The notes beneath the pieces were generated by a model, which searched no databases, was not told the DNA's origin, and saw only the letters and a program-made list of their open reading frames with translations. The translations under genes were made by a program, and so were the position numbers. From Chlorobiota bacterium (lineage in GTDB: Bacteria > Bacteroidota > Bacteroidia > Bacteroidales > JAADGE01): a DNA stretch of 64,000 bases. Shown here piece after piece: positions 10,336 to 19,983 of the stretch (its first letter is position 1; each line of letters starts with the position of its first letter). The DNA is taken from positions 3,729 to 67,728 of the forward strand of contig JAADDR010000096.1 in the NCBI GenBank assembly GCA_013153865.1. The letters are read 5' to 3'.

Positions 10336-11607
10336 TTAAGACCCGAAATCGTCAAACATAATATTTTCTTCCGGAACACCGAGGTCGAAAAGCATTTTCT
10401 CTACGGCTGCATTCATCATCGGAGGTCCGCAAAGGTAGTATTCTATTTCTTCGGGTTCTTCGTGATTTTTAAGATACATATCGTAAATAACCTGATGGAT
10501 GAATCCCGTAGGACCTGTCCAGTTATCGCTTTCGAGAGGTTCCGACAATGCCAAATGCCATTCGAAATTAGGATTTTCGGCAGCAATTTCGTCAAAATCT
10601 TCTTTGTAAAAAACTTCTCTTAACGAACGTGCCCCGTACCAAAAAGTAGCTTTGCGTTTGGTTTTTTTGGTTTTAAATTGGTCGAAAATATGCGAACGCA
10701 TAGGTGCCATTCCTGCTCCTCCGCCTATAAACATCATTTCGTTGTCGGTATCTTTTATGAAAAACTCGCCGTAAGGACCGGATATTGTTACTTTGTCTCC
10801 CGGCTTACGAGAAAATATATAAGACGAACAAACTCCCGGATTAACATCGGCAAAGGCACCTTTTGCTTTATCCCAAGGCGGAGTTGCGATACGAACATTC
10901 AGCATTATTATGTTTCCTTCGGCGGGATGGTTTGCCATGGAATATGCTCTGAATGTTTCTTCGTTGTTTTTCATTACCAAATCCCACATTTTGTATTTAT
11001 CCCAATCTTCGCGATATTCTTCTTCTATGTCAAAATCTTTAAATCTGACCGTAATCTTGGGTACGTCAATTTGGATATATCCTCCCGAACGGAAATTAAG
11101 AGTCTCGCCTTCGGGAAGTTTTACTATAAATTCTTTTATAAACGTAGCAACATTTCTGTTCGATACAACCTCACATTCCCATTTTTTGATACCCATTATT
11201 TCTTGCGGTATCTTAATTTTCATGTCTTCTTTAACTTTAACCTGACATGCCAAGCGTTTATGCTCTTTTATTTCTTTACGCGTAAAAAACGGTTTTTCGG
11301 TAGGCAGAATTTCGCCTCCGCCTTCTATAACTTCGCACTCGCACATACCGCAAGTACCGCTTCCGCCGCATGCCGAGGGTAATAAAATTTTATTGTTTTG
11401 CAATGTTGCCAAAAGCGAGCTTCCGGGTGATGTTTTAATTTGATGTTCTTCGTCATCGTTGATATTAATGGTTACTTCGCCCGAGGGTAATAATTTTGCT
11501 TTAGCAACTAAAAGTATTATAACCAAAAGCAATATAATTGCCAAAAAAGCAATAACACTTATCGCTATTATTTCGGAAATTGAAGGTTGAATTTCTAAAA
11601 TGAACAT
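10336..11607 (-). CDS. nqrF: Na+-translocating NADH:quinone oxidoreductase subunit F
   Basis: 423 aa. N-terminal TM helix, 2Fe-2S motif [12 protein letters not shown]...C, FAD/NADH domain ([16 protein letters not shown]). Confidence 0.95.
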   Translation of the reverse strand: MFILEIQPSISEIIAISVIAFLAIILLLVIILLVAKAKLLPSGEVTININDDEEHQIKTSPGSSLLATLQNNKILLPSACGGSGTCGMCECEVIEGGGEILPTEKPFFTRKEIKEHKRLACQVKVKEDMKIKIPQEIMGIKKWECEVVSNRNVATFIKEFIVKLPEGETLNFRSGGYIQIDVPKITVRFKDFDIEEEYREDWDKYKMWDLVMKNNEETFRAYSMANHPAEGNIIMLNVRIATPPWDKAKGAFADVNPGVCSSYIFSRKPGDKVTISGPYGEFFIKDTDNEMMFIGGGAGMAPMRSHIFDQFKTKKTKRKATFWYGARSLREVFYKEDFDEIAAENPNFEWHLALSEPLESDNWTGPTGFIHQVIYDMYLKNHEEPEEIEYYLCGPPMMNAAVEKMLFDLGVPEENIMFDDFGS

Positions 11608-11642
11608 ATTTGAAAAATCTTTTTTATTAAAATTTATTTCTT

Positions 11643-12263
11643 TTATAATTTAATTCCCATAAAGGTCATAAAAGCAATCCCCATTAACCCGGTTGCTATA
11701 AATGTAATTCCTATTCCTTTTAAGGGTGCCGGAACGTCGGAATATCTGATTTTTTCGCGTATTGCCGCAATACCGACAATCGCCAAAAACCAACCTATGC
11801 CCGAACCGAGCCCGAATACGGTTGCTTCGCCTATAGAGGTATATTCTCTTTCTTGCATAAATAAAGCTCCTCCGAGTATTGCACAGTTTACGGCTATAAG
11901 CGGCAGAAATATTCCGAGAGACGAATAAAGTGCCGGGGCAAATTTTTCGACAATCATTTCCACAAGCTGAACCATTGAGGCAATAACCGCAATAAACATT
12001 ATGAAACTTAAAAATTCAAGGTTTATATTTGCTGCTTCTTCGCCGAGAATCCAACTTAGGGCTCCTTGTTTAAGGACATAATTTTCCAGAAGCCAGTTTA
12101 CGGGAACTGTAATTCCGAGTACAAATATTACCGCAATGCCTAATCCGGTTGCCGTTTTTACGGTTTTGGAAACCGCAAGATACGAACACATACCCAAGAA
12201 ATAGGCAAAAATCATATTATCGACAAAAATTGATTTTACGAAAATGTTTATATATTCTTGCAT
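11643..12263 (-). CDS. nqrE: Na+-NQR subunit E
   Basis: 206 aa polytopic membrane protein of the NqrE/RnfA family ([20 protein letters not shown]), in nqr gene order. Confidence 0.92.
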   Translation of the reverse strand: MQEYINIFVKSIFVDNMIFAYFLGMCSYLAVSKTVKTATGLGIAVIFVLGITVPVNWLLENYVLKQGALSWILGEEAANINLEFLSFIMFIAVIASMVQLVEMIVEKFAPALYSSLGIFLPLIAVNCAILGGALFMQEREYTSIGEATVFGLGSGIGWFLAIVGIAAIREKIRYSDVPAPLKGIGITFIATGLMGIAFMTFMGIKL

Positions 12264-12292
12264 CTTTTTATTTTTTTAAAATCCGGTAATTA

Positions 12293-12910
12293 TTAATTTT
12301 CTATTAATTCTCTCGTGCGTGATCTTTGTACCCAAATTATAACGCCTACTATTATCAATGCCATGGGAGGCAAGATTATAAGTCCGTTATCGGAATAACC
12401 GAAGTCATAAAATCCTTGAGGTATAATTTTAAATCCGGCAAGCGACCCCGAACCGAAAAATTCTCTGATTGCGGAAACTATTATCAAAATAAGGGCATAT
12501 CCGGCACCGTTGCCCAAGCCGTCAAGGAATGCGGGAAACGGTTTATTCCCCAGAGCAAAAGCTTCAAGACGCCCCATAAGAATACAGTTGGTAATGATTA
12601 ATCCTACAAAAACCGAAAGTTGTTTGCTTATATCATATACATATGCTTTAAGTATTTGATCGACAATAATAACCAATGCGGCTATAACAACTAACTGAAC
12701 AATAATTCGTATTCTGGAAGGTATGGTGTTACGCAGCAAAGATATGATAACGTTTGCAAAAGTTAATACCGTAATTACGGATATTGACATTACTACTGCC
12801 GGCATAAGTTTTACGGTAACCGCAAGTGCCGAGCAAATACCGAGAATTTGTACCGTAATAGGATTATTAAGATTTAAAGGGTCTGTAAGTAATTTTATAT
12901 TTTTTCCCAT
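12293..12910 (-). CDS. nqrD: Na+-NQR subunit D
   Basis: 205 aa of the NqrD/RnfE family ([27 protein letters not shown]). Confidence 0.92.
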   Translation of the reverse strand: MGKNIKLLTDPLNLNNPITVQILGICSALAVTVKLMPAVVMSISVITVLTFANVIISLLRNTIPSRIRIIVQLVVIAALVIIVDQILKAYVYDISKQLSVFVGLIITNCILMGRLEAFALGNKPFPAFLDGLGNGAGYALILIIVSAIREFFGSGSLAGFKIIPQGFYDFGYSDNGLIILPPMALIIVGVIIWVQRSRTRELIEN

Positions 12911-12949
12911 TTTATCATTAATTTTTTTTAATTCTACTTCGTTTAATTG

Positions 12950-13675
12950 TTATTTTTTATTTTTCTCCAAAAATGCTTTATATGCAAACAGCCAATCATC
13001 TTTTACCATTGCTTCCAATCCTTTGCTTGTTATGGTACCTCCCGAAATCGCATCTACTCCGTGTTTTGTGTCTCCGGCTTTTAAGGCGGAACCTTTACCT
13101 CCTTTATAAACCGTTATAGAAACAAATTTATCGCCGTCAAAAAGTGTCTTCCCTTTAAATTGTTTTTGAAATTTTTCCGTGGCAATTTCCGCTCCCAATC
13201 CGGGAGTTTCTCCTTTATGGTCAAAAACAGCGCCGTAAATGGTATTGTAATCATCGTTTAATGCAAAATATCCCCATATCGGACCCCACAACCCTTTTCC
13301 TCTTAAAGGTATAATGATTTTTGTTTCGCCTTTATCGTTTTTTGCTTCGTAAACGGGTAAAACTCTTTTATCCGGCTCGGCTTTAAATTGAAGTTTTAAG
13401 TTTACGTCAAAAGCATTTACGCCCTCTAATTTTTCTCCTTTCGAATTTACCGCATAAGCATCGGTAACATATTTGTTGTATAATTGTTCGGCATTATCCG
13501 GGGTAGTATTTACACCTATGGATTTTAATATATTTTGCATCTTTTCCACTCTTACGTTTTTATCTTGCAGGGGTTTTAATTTTACCGCGGTAAATGCTAA
13601 TGCCGCCGCTACCGCAATAACCAATACCGATGCATATATAAAGGTGTATAAATTACTGTTTGTATCTAATTTCAT
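12950..13675 (-). CDS. nqrC: Na+-NQR subunit C (FMN-binding)
   Basis: 241 aa. N-terminal TM helix, GLWGPIWGY, and the flavinylation-type motif DAISGGTITS. Confidence 0.9.
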   Translation of the reverse strand: MKLDTNSNLYTFIYASVLVIAVAAALAFTAVKLKPLQDKNVRVEKMQNILKSIGVNTTPDNAEQLYNKYVTDAYAVNSKGEKLEGVNAFDVNLKLQFKAEPDKRVLPVYEAKNDKGETKIIIPLRGKGLWGPIWGYFALNDDYNTIYGAVFDHKGETPGLGAEIATEKFQKQFKGKTLFDGDKFVSITVYKGGKGSALKAGDTKHGVDAISGGTITSKGLEAMVKDDWLFAYKAFLEKNKK

Positions 13676-13708
13676 TTGATTAATATTTTAATTTTATCAA
13701 AACCTTTT

Positions 13709-14926
13709 TTAAGCTGCGTTTACTTTTATTCGTTTCATGCGTTTTTTTACATTCGCTCTTATTATATAATGATCTATAAGCGGAGCAAATGCGTTCATCA
13801 GCAATATAGCCAGCATTGTTCCTTCGGGGTATCCCGGATTAAATACTCTGATAATTATAATCAATACGCCTATTAAAAAGCCGTATATCCATTTTCCTTT
13901 TTCGGTTTGAGCAGAAGTAACCGGGTCGGTTGCCATAAATACTATACCGAAAGCTAATCCGCCGGATACCAAATGATAATAAAACGGTAATTCAAAATAC
14001 GGATTTAATCCGTCGGGCAAAGCATTAAGCAAAAGCCCGAGTGCCGAAGCTCCGAGAAATCCGGAAAGCATAATTTTCCAACTTGCAACACCGGTATATA
14101 ATAAAATTGCCGCGCCTATTAAAATCATTAATGTCGATGTTTCTCCTATCGACCCCGGTATCCAGCCCATAAACATATCATAAGCGGAAATTACGTTATC
14201 ATGCAAACCGTCTATTATTCTGAAACCTCCGTCGGCAAGTTGTTCCTTGGTAGTACCTGCAAATTGCGACAAAGGTGTTGCTCCGGAAAATCCGTCGACA
14301 ACATTTTGCCCTTTTTCAAGTCCGGCAATCCAAACTTTATCTCCGGACATCTTTTTTGCATATCCGAAAAACAAAAATGCTCTGGCAAGTAATGCCGGAT
14401 TAAATACGTTCATTCCCGTTCCTCCGAAAACTTCTTTCCCGAAAATAACGGCAAGAACAGTTGCAACGGCAACCATCCAAAGAGGAATATCTACAGGTAA
14501 TATTAAAGGAATAAGCAATCCCGACACCAAAAAACCTTCTTCTATTTCCTTTTTCTTAAGATAAACAAAAACAAACTCCGTTCCCAATCCCGCAATGTAT
14601 GAAACTAATACTAAAGGCATTACTTTAACAAAACCGTATGAAAAATTCTGCCAAAAACCGGCATCTTGTCCTACGGACAAAAAATGTTGATATCCGACAT
14701 TCCACATACCGAACAGCAAAGACGGAATAAGTGCAATTACCACAACGCTCATTAAGCGTTTTGTATCCATGGCATCTCTTATATGAGCACCTCTTACGGG
14801 AGCCGTTTTTGCCGGTACAAAAAGAAATGTTTCGAAACTTTCAAAAACAGATCCCCATTTTTCGTATTTTCCGCCTTTTTCAAAATTCGGTTTTATTTTT
14901 TCAAAATATTTTTCTAAACCTTTCAT
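13709..14926 (-). CDS. nqrB: Na+-NQR subunit B
   Basis: 405 aa polytopic membrane protein of the NqrB/RnfD family, with the FMN attachment-type motif GFSGATPLS. Confidence 0.92.
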   Translation of the reverse strand: MKGLEKYFEKIKPNFEKGGKYEKWGSVFESFETFLFVPAKTAPVRGAHIRDAMDTKRLMSVVVIALIPSLLFGMWNVGYQHFLSVGQDAGFWQNFSYGFVKVMPLVLVSYIAGLGTEFVFVYLKKKEIEEGFLVSGLLIPLILPVDIPLWMVAVATVLAVIFGKEVFGGTGMNVFNPALLARAFLFFGYAKKMSGDKVWIAGLEKGQNVVDGFSGATPLSQFAGTTKEQLADGGFRIIDGLHDNVISAYDMFMGWIPGSIGETSTLMILIGAAILLYTGVASWKIMLSGFLGASALGLLLNALPDGLNPYFELPFYYHLVSGGLAFGIVFMATDPVTSAQTEKGKWIYGFLIGVLIIIIRVFNPGYPEGTMLAILLMNAFAPLIDHYIIRANVKKRMKRIKVNAA

Positions 14927-14961
14927 ATTTACTGTTGTAATTAATACTCTAAATTTTAAAA

Positions 14962-16317
14962 TTATCCGAGTTCTTTTATCGCAAATTCAAATCCCTCTCT
15001 TACAATTCTTTGAATTTCTATTTTTGATGTATTTATAACTTCGCACAATGCAAAATCTTCTTCGGCTACTTCATAAATGCCGAGTTCTTCCATCAAATCC
15101 AAATCTTTTATTATAATTGCTTTTAAAAGTTGCATGGGATAAATATCCATGGGAAAAACTTTTTCCATCTCTCCGGTAACTATAAACGGTCTTTCTCCTC
15201 CGTGAATATTAGTATCCAAAACAAATTCTTTATCGGGATTAAGCCAACTGAAAAAAGTTCTGGAAATACTGAATTTACCGAATCCGGGTTTTGCCCAACC
15301 GAAAAATTCCGGTTTATCCCCTTCCGGTATTACGGTTACGGTTGTATCATAAAACCCTATATATTCTTTTTCCGAGATTTTTACGCCGCTCAATACATTG
15401 CCGGAAATAATACGTTTCTTTTTACCGTTATCTTTTAATCGATCTTTCAAAACTTCCGATACTTTGGTGCCGAGTAAAGTTCTGAAATACTTAGGATGTT
15501 TTACTTCCGAACCGGATAATGCAATAACTCTTAGAGGATTAAACGTACCGGTTTCAAACAAACGACCTATTATTATAACATCTGCTGCATTTAAAGTCCA
15601 AACAACATCACCTTTATTTACCGGTTTTATTTTATTTATCTGAATACCTGCATTACCCGCAGGATGAGGACCCGAAAATTCATACTTTTTAACATTTGCC
15701 GTATTAATAAAAGGATTTGAAGAATCACCCGCTTTAATACCGAGATAAACATCTCCGTCGGTAAGTTTCAACAAGGCGTTAACTCCGGTTTGAAATGCCG
15801 AAAAATCATCTTTTACAATAAAATTAAAATCGGCAGTCAAGGGTGCCGAGTCAAAAGTAGTAATAAAAATATCTCTCGGAACAACTTCTGGTTTTGCAGT
15901 AATATTAAACGGACGCTGACGAATAAAAGGCCAACAACCGCTTTTCAATATATTCTCCTTAATTGTCTCCCTGTCCAAATTTTCAGGTTTGTCTTTCACA
16001 AAAGTTTCAAATTCATTATTCCCGTCAGGCTCAATAACAAACTCTAAAATACGCCTCCTTTCTCCTCTGTGTATTGCCGATACTTTACCGCTTACGGGAG
16101 AAGTAAAAACAACTTCCGGATTATATTTATCGTAAAAAAGAGGCGTTCCCGCCTTTACTTTTGTATCAACTTTAGATACTACCTTAGGCGTAATACCCGG
16201 AAAATCAGTCGGTTTTATTCCGTAAGAAGACGCAAGGGGTAAATCTTCCGATTCTTTTTCCGGTGCTCCGGCTAATTTAATATCTAAACCGCGCTTAATT
16301 TTAATAATATTTGACAT
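14962..16317 (-). CDS. nqrA: Na+-NQR subunit A
   Basis: 451 aa soluble protein. IKRGLDIKLAGAP at the N-terminus and GPHPAGNAGIQI. It is the first gene of nqrABCDEF. Confidence 0.92.
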   Translation of the reverse strand: MSNIIKIKRGLDIKLAGAPEKESEDLPLASSYGIKPTDFPGITPKVVSKVDTKVKAGTPLFYDKYNPEVVFTSPVSGKVSAIHRGERRRILEFVIEPDGNNEFETFVKDKPENLDRETIKENILKSGCWPFIRQRPFNITAKPEVVPRDIFITTFDSAPLTADFNFIVKDDFSAFQTGVNALLKLTDGDVYLGIKAGDSSNPFINTANVKKYEFSGPHPAGNAGIQINKIKPVNKGDVVWTLNAADVIIIGRLFETGTFNPLRVIALSGSEVKHPKYFRTLLGTKVSEVLKDRLKDNGKKKRIISGNVLSGVKISEKEYIGFYDTTVTVIPEGDKPEFFGWAKPGFGKFSISRTFFSWLNPDKEFVLDTNIHGGERPFIVTGEMEKVFPMDIYPMQLLKAIIIKDLDLMEELGIYEVAEEDFALCEVINTSKIEIQRIVREGFEFAIKELG

Positions 16318-16346
16318 AGTTTACAATAATATTGTGAAATACATCA

Positions 16347-16354
16347 CAAAATTA
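16347..16354 (-). promoter_or_regulatory. TAnnTTTG -7 box (reverse strand) upstream of nqrA
   Basis: Plus-strand caaaatta is taattttg on the minus strand, 30 nt upstream of the nqrA ATG (16317). Confidence 0.4.
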
Positions 16355-16496
16355 TAAATTATTCAAATTATAAAAAATTATACTGCTCGTAATTAAAGGA
16401 TATAAAAGTGTTATAAAACATTTTAATTATTAATCCTCCTTATTCGTAGAAACTTAAAAAGGTAAAAAAATAAAAAGTTTTTTACCTTTGCCGTAA

Positions 16497-16970
16497 ATGA
16501 AAATTACTGTTTATACTGACGGAGCATCAAGAGGAAATCCCGGACCGGGGGGATACGGTGTAGTTCTGCTTGCCGGAAAATACAGGAAAGAACTCTCGGA
16601 AGGTTTTCGTCTTACAACAAATAATCGTATGGAACTTCTGGCAGTTATTGCCGGACTGGAAGCTCTTAAGAACGAAGGAAGCGATGTTACCGTTTACTCA
16701 GATTCTTCATACGTTGTAGATGCCGTAGAAAAAAAATGGGTTTTTTCTTGGGAAAAAAAATCATTTAAAAACAAAAAAAATCCGGACTTATGGAAACGGT
16801 TTCTGAAAATATACAGAAAACATAAAGTAAAACTGGTTTGGATTAAAGGACATGCAAATATTCCGGAAAACGAACGTTGTGATTTTCTCGCCGTAGAAGC
16901 TTCAAAAAAAGAAAATCTTAAAATAGACGAAGGCTACGAAAATATGCAAAAATCTAACGAATTATTTTAA
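16497..16970 (+). CDS. rnhA: Ribonuclease HI
   Basis: 157 aa. VYTDGASRGNPGPGGYG, TNNRMEL, SDSSYV, WIKGHA..PENERCD. Confidence 0.93.
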   Translation: MKITVYTDGASRGNPGPGGYGVVLLAGKYRKELSEGFRLTTNNRMELLAVIAGLEALKNEGSDVTVYSDSSYVVDAVEKKWVFSWEKKSFKNKKNPDLWKRFLKIYRKHKVKLVWIKGHANIPENERCDFLAVEASKKENLKIDEGYENMQKSNELF

Positions 16971-17033
16971 AACCGCGTTTTAAACAACCCTCAAGTTTTA
17001 CATCTTTTCATCCGGTCTTTCGGATATTTTTTT

Positions 17034-17041
17034 TAACTTTG
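17034..17041 (+). promoter_or_regulatory. TAnnTTTG -7 box upstream of prs
   Basis: taactttg is followed by cggctc and lies 43 nt upstream of the ATG at 17084. Confidence 0.4.
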
Positions 17042-17083
17042 CGGCTCAACATCCGAACATAGCATTTTATACATTTAATCGTC

Positions 17084-18013
17084 ATGCATTCAGATATTAA
17101 AATATTTTCGGGACAAGCAACAAAATATCTTGCTCGAAAAATAACGGAAAACTACGGGATAGAACTCGGAAAATCGGTTATTACAAAATTCAGTGACGGA
17201 GAATATCAACCCGGATACGAAGAAACAGTAAGAGGAAACTTTGTTTTCATTATCCAATCAACTTTTCAACCTACCGACAATCTTTTCGAACTTTTACTTA
17301 TGATTGATGCCGCAAGACGGGCATCAGCTTATAAAGTAGTAGCGGTAATACCTTATTTCGGATTTGCACGCCAAGACAGAAAAGACAGACCGAGAGTTGC
17401 AATAGGAGCAAAACTGATTGCCGACATTTTAACGGCGGCAGGTGTCGACCGCATTATAACAATGGATCTACATGCAGACCAAATTCAAGGTTTTTTTAAC
17501 GTTCCGGTAGATCATTTATTTGCTTCGGCAGTTTTTATTCCTTACATAAAAAGCTTGAAACTTGATAATATAGCTATTGCATCTCCGGATACCGGAGGAA
17601 CAAAACGAGCAAATGCATACGCTAAATTTCTGGGTGCCCCTATGGTTATAGGATATAAATCCAGAGAAAAAGCAAATATCGTAAATGACATACGAATAAT
17701 AGGCGATGTAAAAGGTAAAAACGTAATATTGGTTGACGATATTATTGATACAGCCGGAACCATCGTAAAAGCGGCGGATGTTTTACTGGAAAACGGAGCA
17801 TTAAGCGTAAGAGCAGTTATAACTCACCCCGTTTTGTCGGGAAATGCTTACGAAAAAATTCAAAATTCAAATCTGGAACAACTTATAGTTTCCGATACCA
17901 TACCGCTGAAACAAGAATCAAACAAGATAACCGTTTTATCGGTAGCCCCTCTCTTTGCAAAAGTAATAGATAAAGTATATCACTATCAATCAATAAGTTC
18001 AAGCTTTCTTTAA
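17084..18013 (+). CDS. prs: Ribose-phosphate pyrophosphokinase
   Basis: 309 aa. FSDGE, PYFGFARQDRK, DLHADQIQGFF, VLVDDIIDTAGT. Confidence 0.95.
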   Translation: MHSDIKIFSGQATKYLARKITENYGIELGKSVITKFSDGEYQPGYEETVRGNFVFIIQSTFQPTDNLFELLLMIDAARRASAYKVVAVIPYFGFARQDRKDRPRVAIGAKLIADILTAAGVDRIITMDLHADQIQGFFNVPVDHLFASAVFIPYIKSLKLDNIAIASPDTGGTKRANAYAKFLGAPMVIGYKSREKANIVNDIRIIGDVKGKNVILVDDIIDTAGTIVKAADVLLENGALSVRAVITHPVLSGNAYEKIQNSNLEQLIVSDTIPLKQESNKITVLSVAPLFAKVIDKVYHYQSISSSFL

Positions 18014-18053
18014 AAAGACGTATAATTATTTTTTCTTTCTTTCATTTTTTATA

Positions 18054-18061
18054 TAATTTTG
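18054..18061 (+). promoter_or_regulatory. TAnnTTTG -7 box upstream of rplY (implies a 5' UTR of about 100 nt)
   Basis: taattttg is followed by cggctc, the same extension as the prs promoter. Confidence 0.35.
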
Positions 18062-18168
18062 CGGCTCGCAAAAAAAGCATCTTTTATAAATCGTGCAATG
18101 GGGATTAAGAGCTTTCTTCACAACGAAGTTTTTACTTAAATCTGAGTAGCACAAAAATCGCTTAAATT

Positions 18169-18804
18169 ATGAAATCAATTGAAATTAAAGCAAAAGAAAG
18201 AAAAGAAATCGGAAAAAAAGCAACAAAAAAATTAAGAAAAGAAGAAAATGTTCCTTGCGTTTTATACGGTCAAGATAAAGGAAACATTCATTTCTATGCA
18301 CATAAAAACGAATTCCGAAAACTTATTTTTACTCCGAACTCATACATAGTAAATCTCGATATTGACGGCAAAAAATGCAATGCCATAATGCAATCTGTTG
18401 ATTTTCACCCGGTAACAGACGAGATACAACATATAGATTTTTACAGAATAGACACATCAAGAGCATTTAAAATTCCCGTGCCTGTCAGAACTTCCGGTTT
18501 GGCAAAAGGTGTTAAAGACGGAGGTGTATTACAAGTAAACCGAAGAAAACTGCTGGTAAAAGCAACTGCGGAAAATATGCCCGATTATGTTGATATAGAC
18601 GTAACAAACTTGGGAATAGGAGAAGCCGTAAGAATAAACGACTTAAACGAACAACACGAAAACCTTCAATTTTTAGACCCCCAATCGGTAGTAGTAACCG
18701 TAAACGTTACAAGACTTGCTAAATCAACAGGTGCATTAGCCGCAGAGGAAGAAGGTGAAGAAGGCGAAGACACAGCAGCGGAAGAAACAACAAGCGAAGA
18801 ATAA
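18169..18804 (+). CDS. rplY: 50S ribosomal protein L25 / general stress protein Ctc (long form)
   Basis: 211 aa. RKEENVPCVLYG, DFHPVTDEIQHIDF, acidic C-terminal tail. The prs-ctc-pth gene order is conserved. Confidence 0.9.
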   Translation: MKSIEIKAKERKEIGKKATKKLRKEENVPCVLYGQDKGNIHFYAHKNEFRKLIFTPNSYIVNLDIDGKKCNAIMQSVDFHPVTDEIQHIDFYRIDTSRAFKIPVPVRTSGLAKGVKDGGVLQVNRRKLLVKATAENMPDYVDIDVTNLGIGEAVRINDLNEQHENLQFLDPQSVVVTVNVTRLAKSTGALAAEEEGEEGEDTAAEETTSEE

Positions 18805-18865
18805 TAACTGAAGTCTGATGTTGTTTTTTAAACGAAAAACACGACAAGACAACGAACAAAATAAG

Positions 18866-19468
18866 ATGAAATATCTTATCGTCGGTTTGGGAAATCCCGG
18901 AGAAAAATATGCCGACACAAGACATAACACAGGATTTAAAGTATCGGATGCTTTCGCAAAAGCGTCCGATGCTGTTTTTGAGCATAAACGATATGCCGAT
19001 GTTGCCAAAATAAAATTCAAAGGACGTATTTTTGTTCTCGTAAAACCGATGACATTTATGAACCTCAGCGGAAAAGCTGTCAATTATTGGATGAAAAAAG
19101 AAAAAATACCTCCCGAAAATATTTTGGTTATCGTTGACGATTTGGCTTTGCCTTTCGGAACTATAAGACTGAAAAAAAACGGAGGCGACGGAGGTCATAA
19201 CGGACTTAAAGACATTATTGCAGTTCTCGGACATCAAAATTTCAACAGACTACGTTTCGGTATCGGAAATAATTTCCCTAAAGGATACCAAGCGGATTAT
19301 GTTTTGTCGGAATGGACACCGGACGAAAAAAAACTGCTTCCCGAAAGAATTAAAAAAATGATTGAAGCAATTAAAATCTTCGGAACAAGAGGAATTACCG
19401 AAGCAATGAATTTCTTTAACAATAAATACGATTTCGAATCGGAACTGAAAAAACAAAATCAAAAATGA
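18866..19468 (+). CDS. pth: Peptidyl-tRNA hydrolase
   Basis: MKYLIVGLGNPGEKYADTRHNTGF, DDLALPFGTIRLKKNGGDGGHNGL. I chose the start at the internal Met (18866) rather than the ORF-track Met at 18818. Confidence 0.9.
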   Translation: MKYLIVGLGNPGEKYADTRHNTGFKVSDAFAKASDAVFEHKRYADVAKIKFKGRIFVLVKPMTFMNLSGKAVNYWMKKEKIPPENILVIVDDLALPFGTIRLKKNGGDGGHNGLKDIIAVLGHQNFNRLRFGIGNNFPKGYQADYVLSEWTPDEKKLLPERIKKMIEAIKIFGTRGITEAMNFFNNKYDFESELKKQNQK

Positions 19469-19842
19469 ATCATCCGACTGAACGTATCGACAAATTCCTT
19501 TGGGCGGTTCGCTTATACAAAACACGCGGCAAAGCCGCAGAAGCATGCAAAAAAAAACAAGTCTTAATCGGAGAAATTCCGCTTAAATCATCAAAATACA
19601 TAAAAAAAGGTGACGAATTTAAAATAAAACACCCTCCGGTATTCAGAATATACCGGATAAAAGAAATATTACACAACCGCGTAGGAGCAAAACTCGTATC
19701 TGATTATATAGAAGAAATAACCCCCGAAGAATATCTGAACATAATAGACATGATAAATAAAAACACCGCACTGCAAAGACCGCGCGGAACAGGCAGACCT
19801 ACAAAAAAAGAACGAAGAGACTTAAAAAACTTCTTCAAATAA
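19465..19842 (+). CDS. hslR: S4-domain RNA-binding heat-shock protein 15-like
   Basis: 125 aa. RIDKFLWAVRLYKTRGKAAEAC is an S4 motif. ATGA start/stop overlap with pth. Confidence 0.75.
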   Translation: MNHPTERIDKFLWAVRLYKTRGKAAEACKKKQVLIGEIPLKSSKYIKKGDEFKIKHPPVFRIYRIKEILHNRVGAKLVSDYIEEITPEEYLNIIDMINKNTALQRPRGTGRPTKKERRDLKNFFK

Positions 19843-19904
19843 AACATAAAAATCACGCATAAAGACAATAAAACTTTTTTAATACGCTGAATACAACATC
19901 TTCC

Positions 19905-19927
19905 CCCCTCTAAAAAGGGGCTTTTTT
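19905..19927 (+). terminator. Weak putative terminator after hslR
   Basis: 4-bp GC stem cccc/gggg with an 8-nt loop, followed by cTTTTTT. Confidence 0.35.
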
Positions 19928-19943
19928 ATTATAAAAATAAATT

Positions 19944-19951
19944 TATCTTTG
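19944..19951 (+). promoter_or_regulatory. TAnnTTTG -7 box upstream of ileS
   Basis: tatctttg lies 33 nt upstream of the ATG at 19984. Confidence 0.4.
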
Positions 19952-19983
19952 CAAATTGTTTTAAATTAGCAATAAAAATTATT

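Noticed and set aside
10678-11382. 234-aa plus-strand ORF (and 10910..11245, 10309..10623) overlapping nqrF.
   Set aside because: It is antisense to nqrF, which has unmistakable 2Fe-2S and FAD/NADH motifs. No family resemblance was seen, so it is a shadow ORF.
18818-18865. 16-codon extension of pth, and similarly 54748-54807 for the DUF59 gene and 42854-42880 for the PAP2 gene.
   Set aside because: The conserved N-termini (MKYLIVGLGNPG; MEEDILQLEKEIYETLK) begin at the internal Met codons. The extensions overlap or abut the upstream genes.
19843-19983. Possible T-box or attenuator leader upstream of ileS (and upstream of hisS).
   Set aside because: The leaders are only about 30-40 nt past the promoter boxes and show no specifier or antiterminator-type structure.
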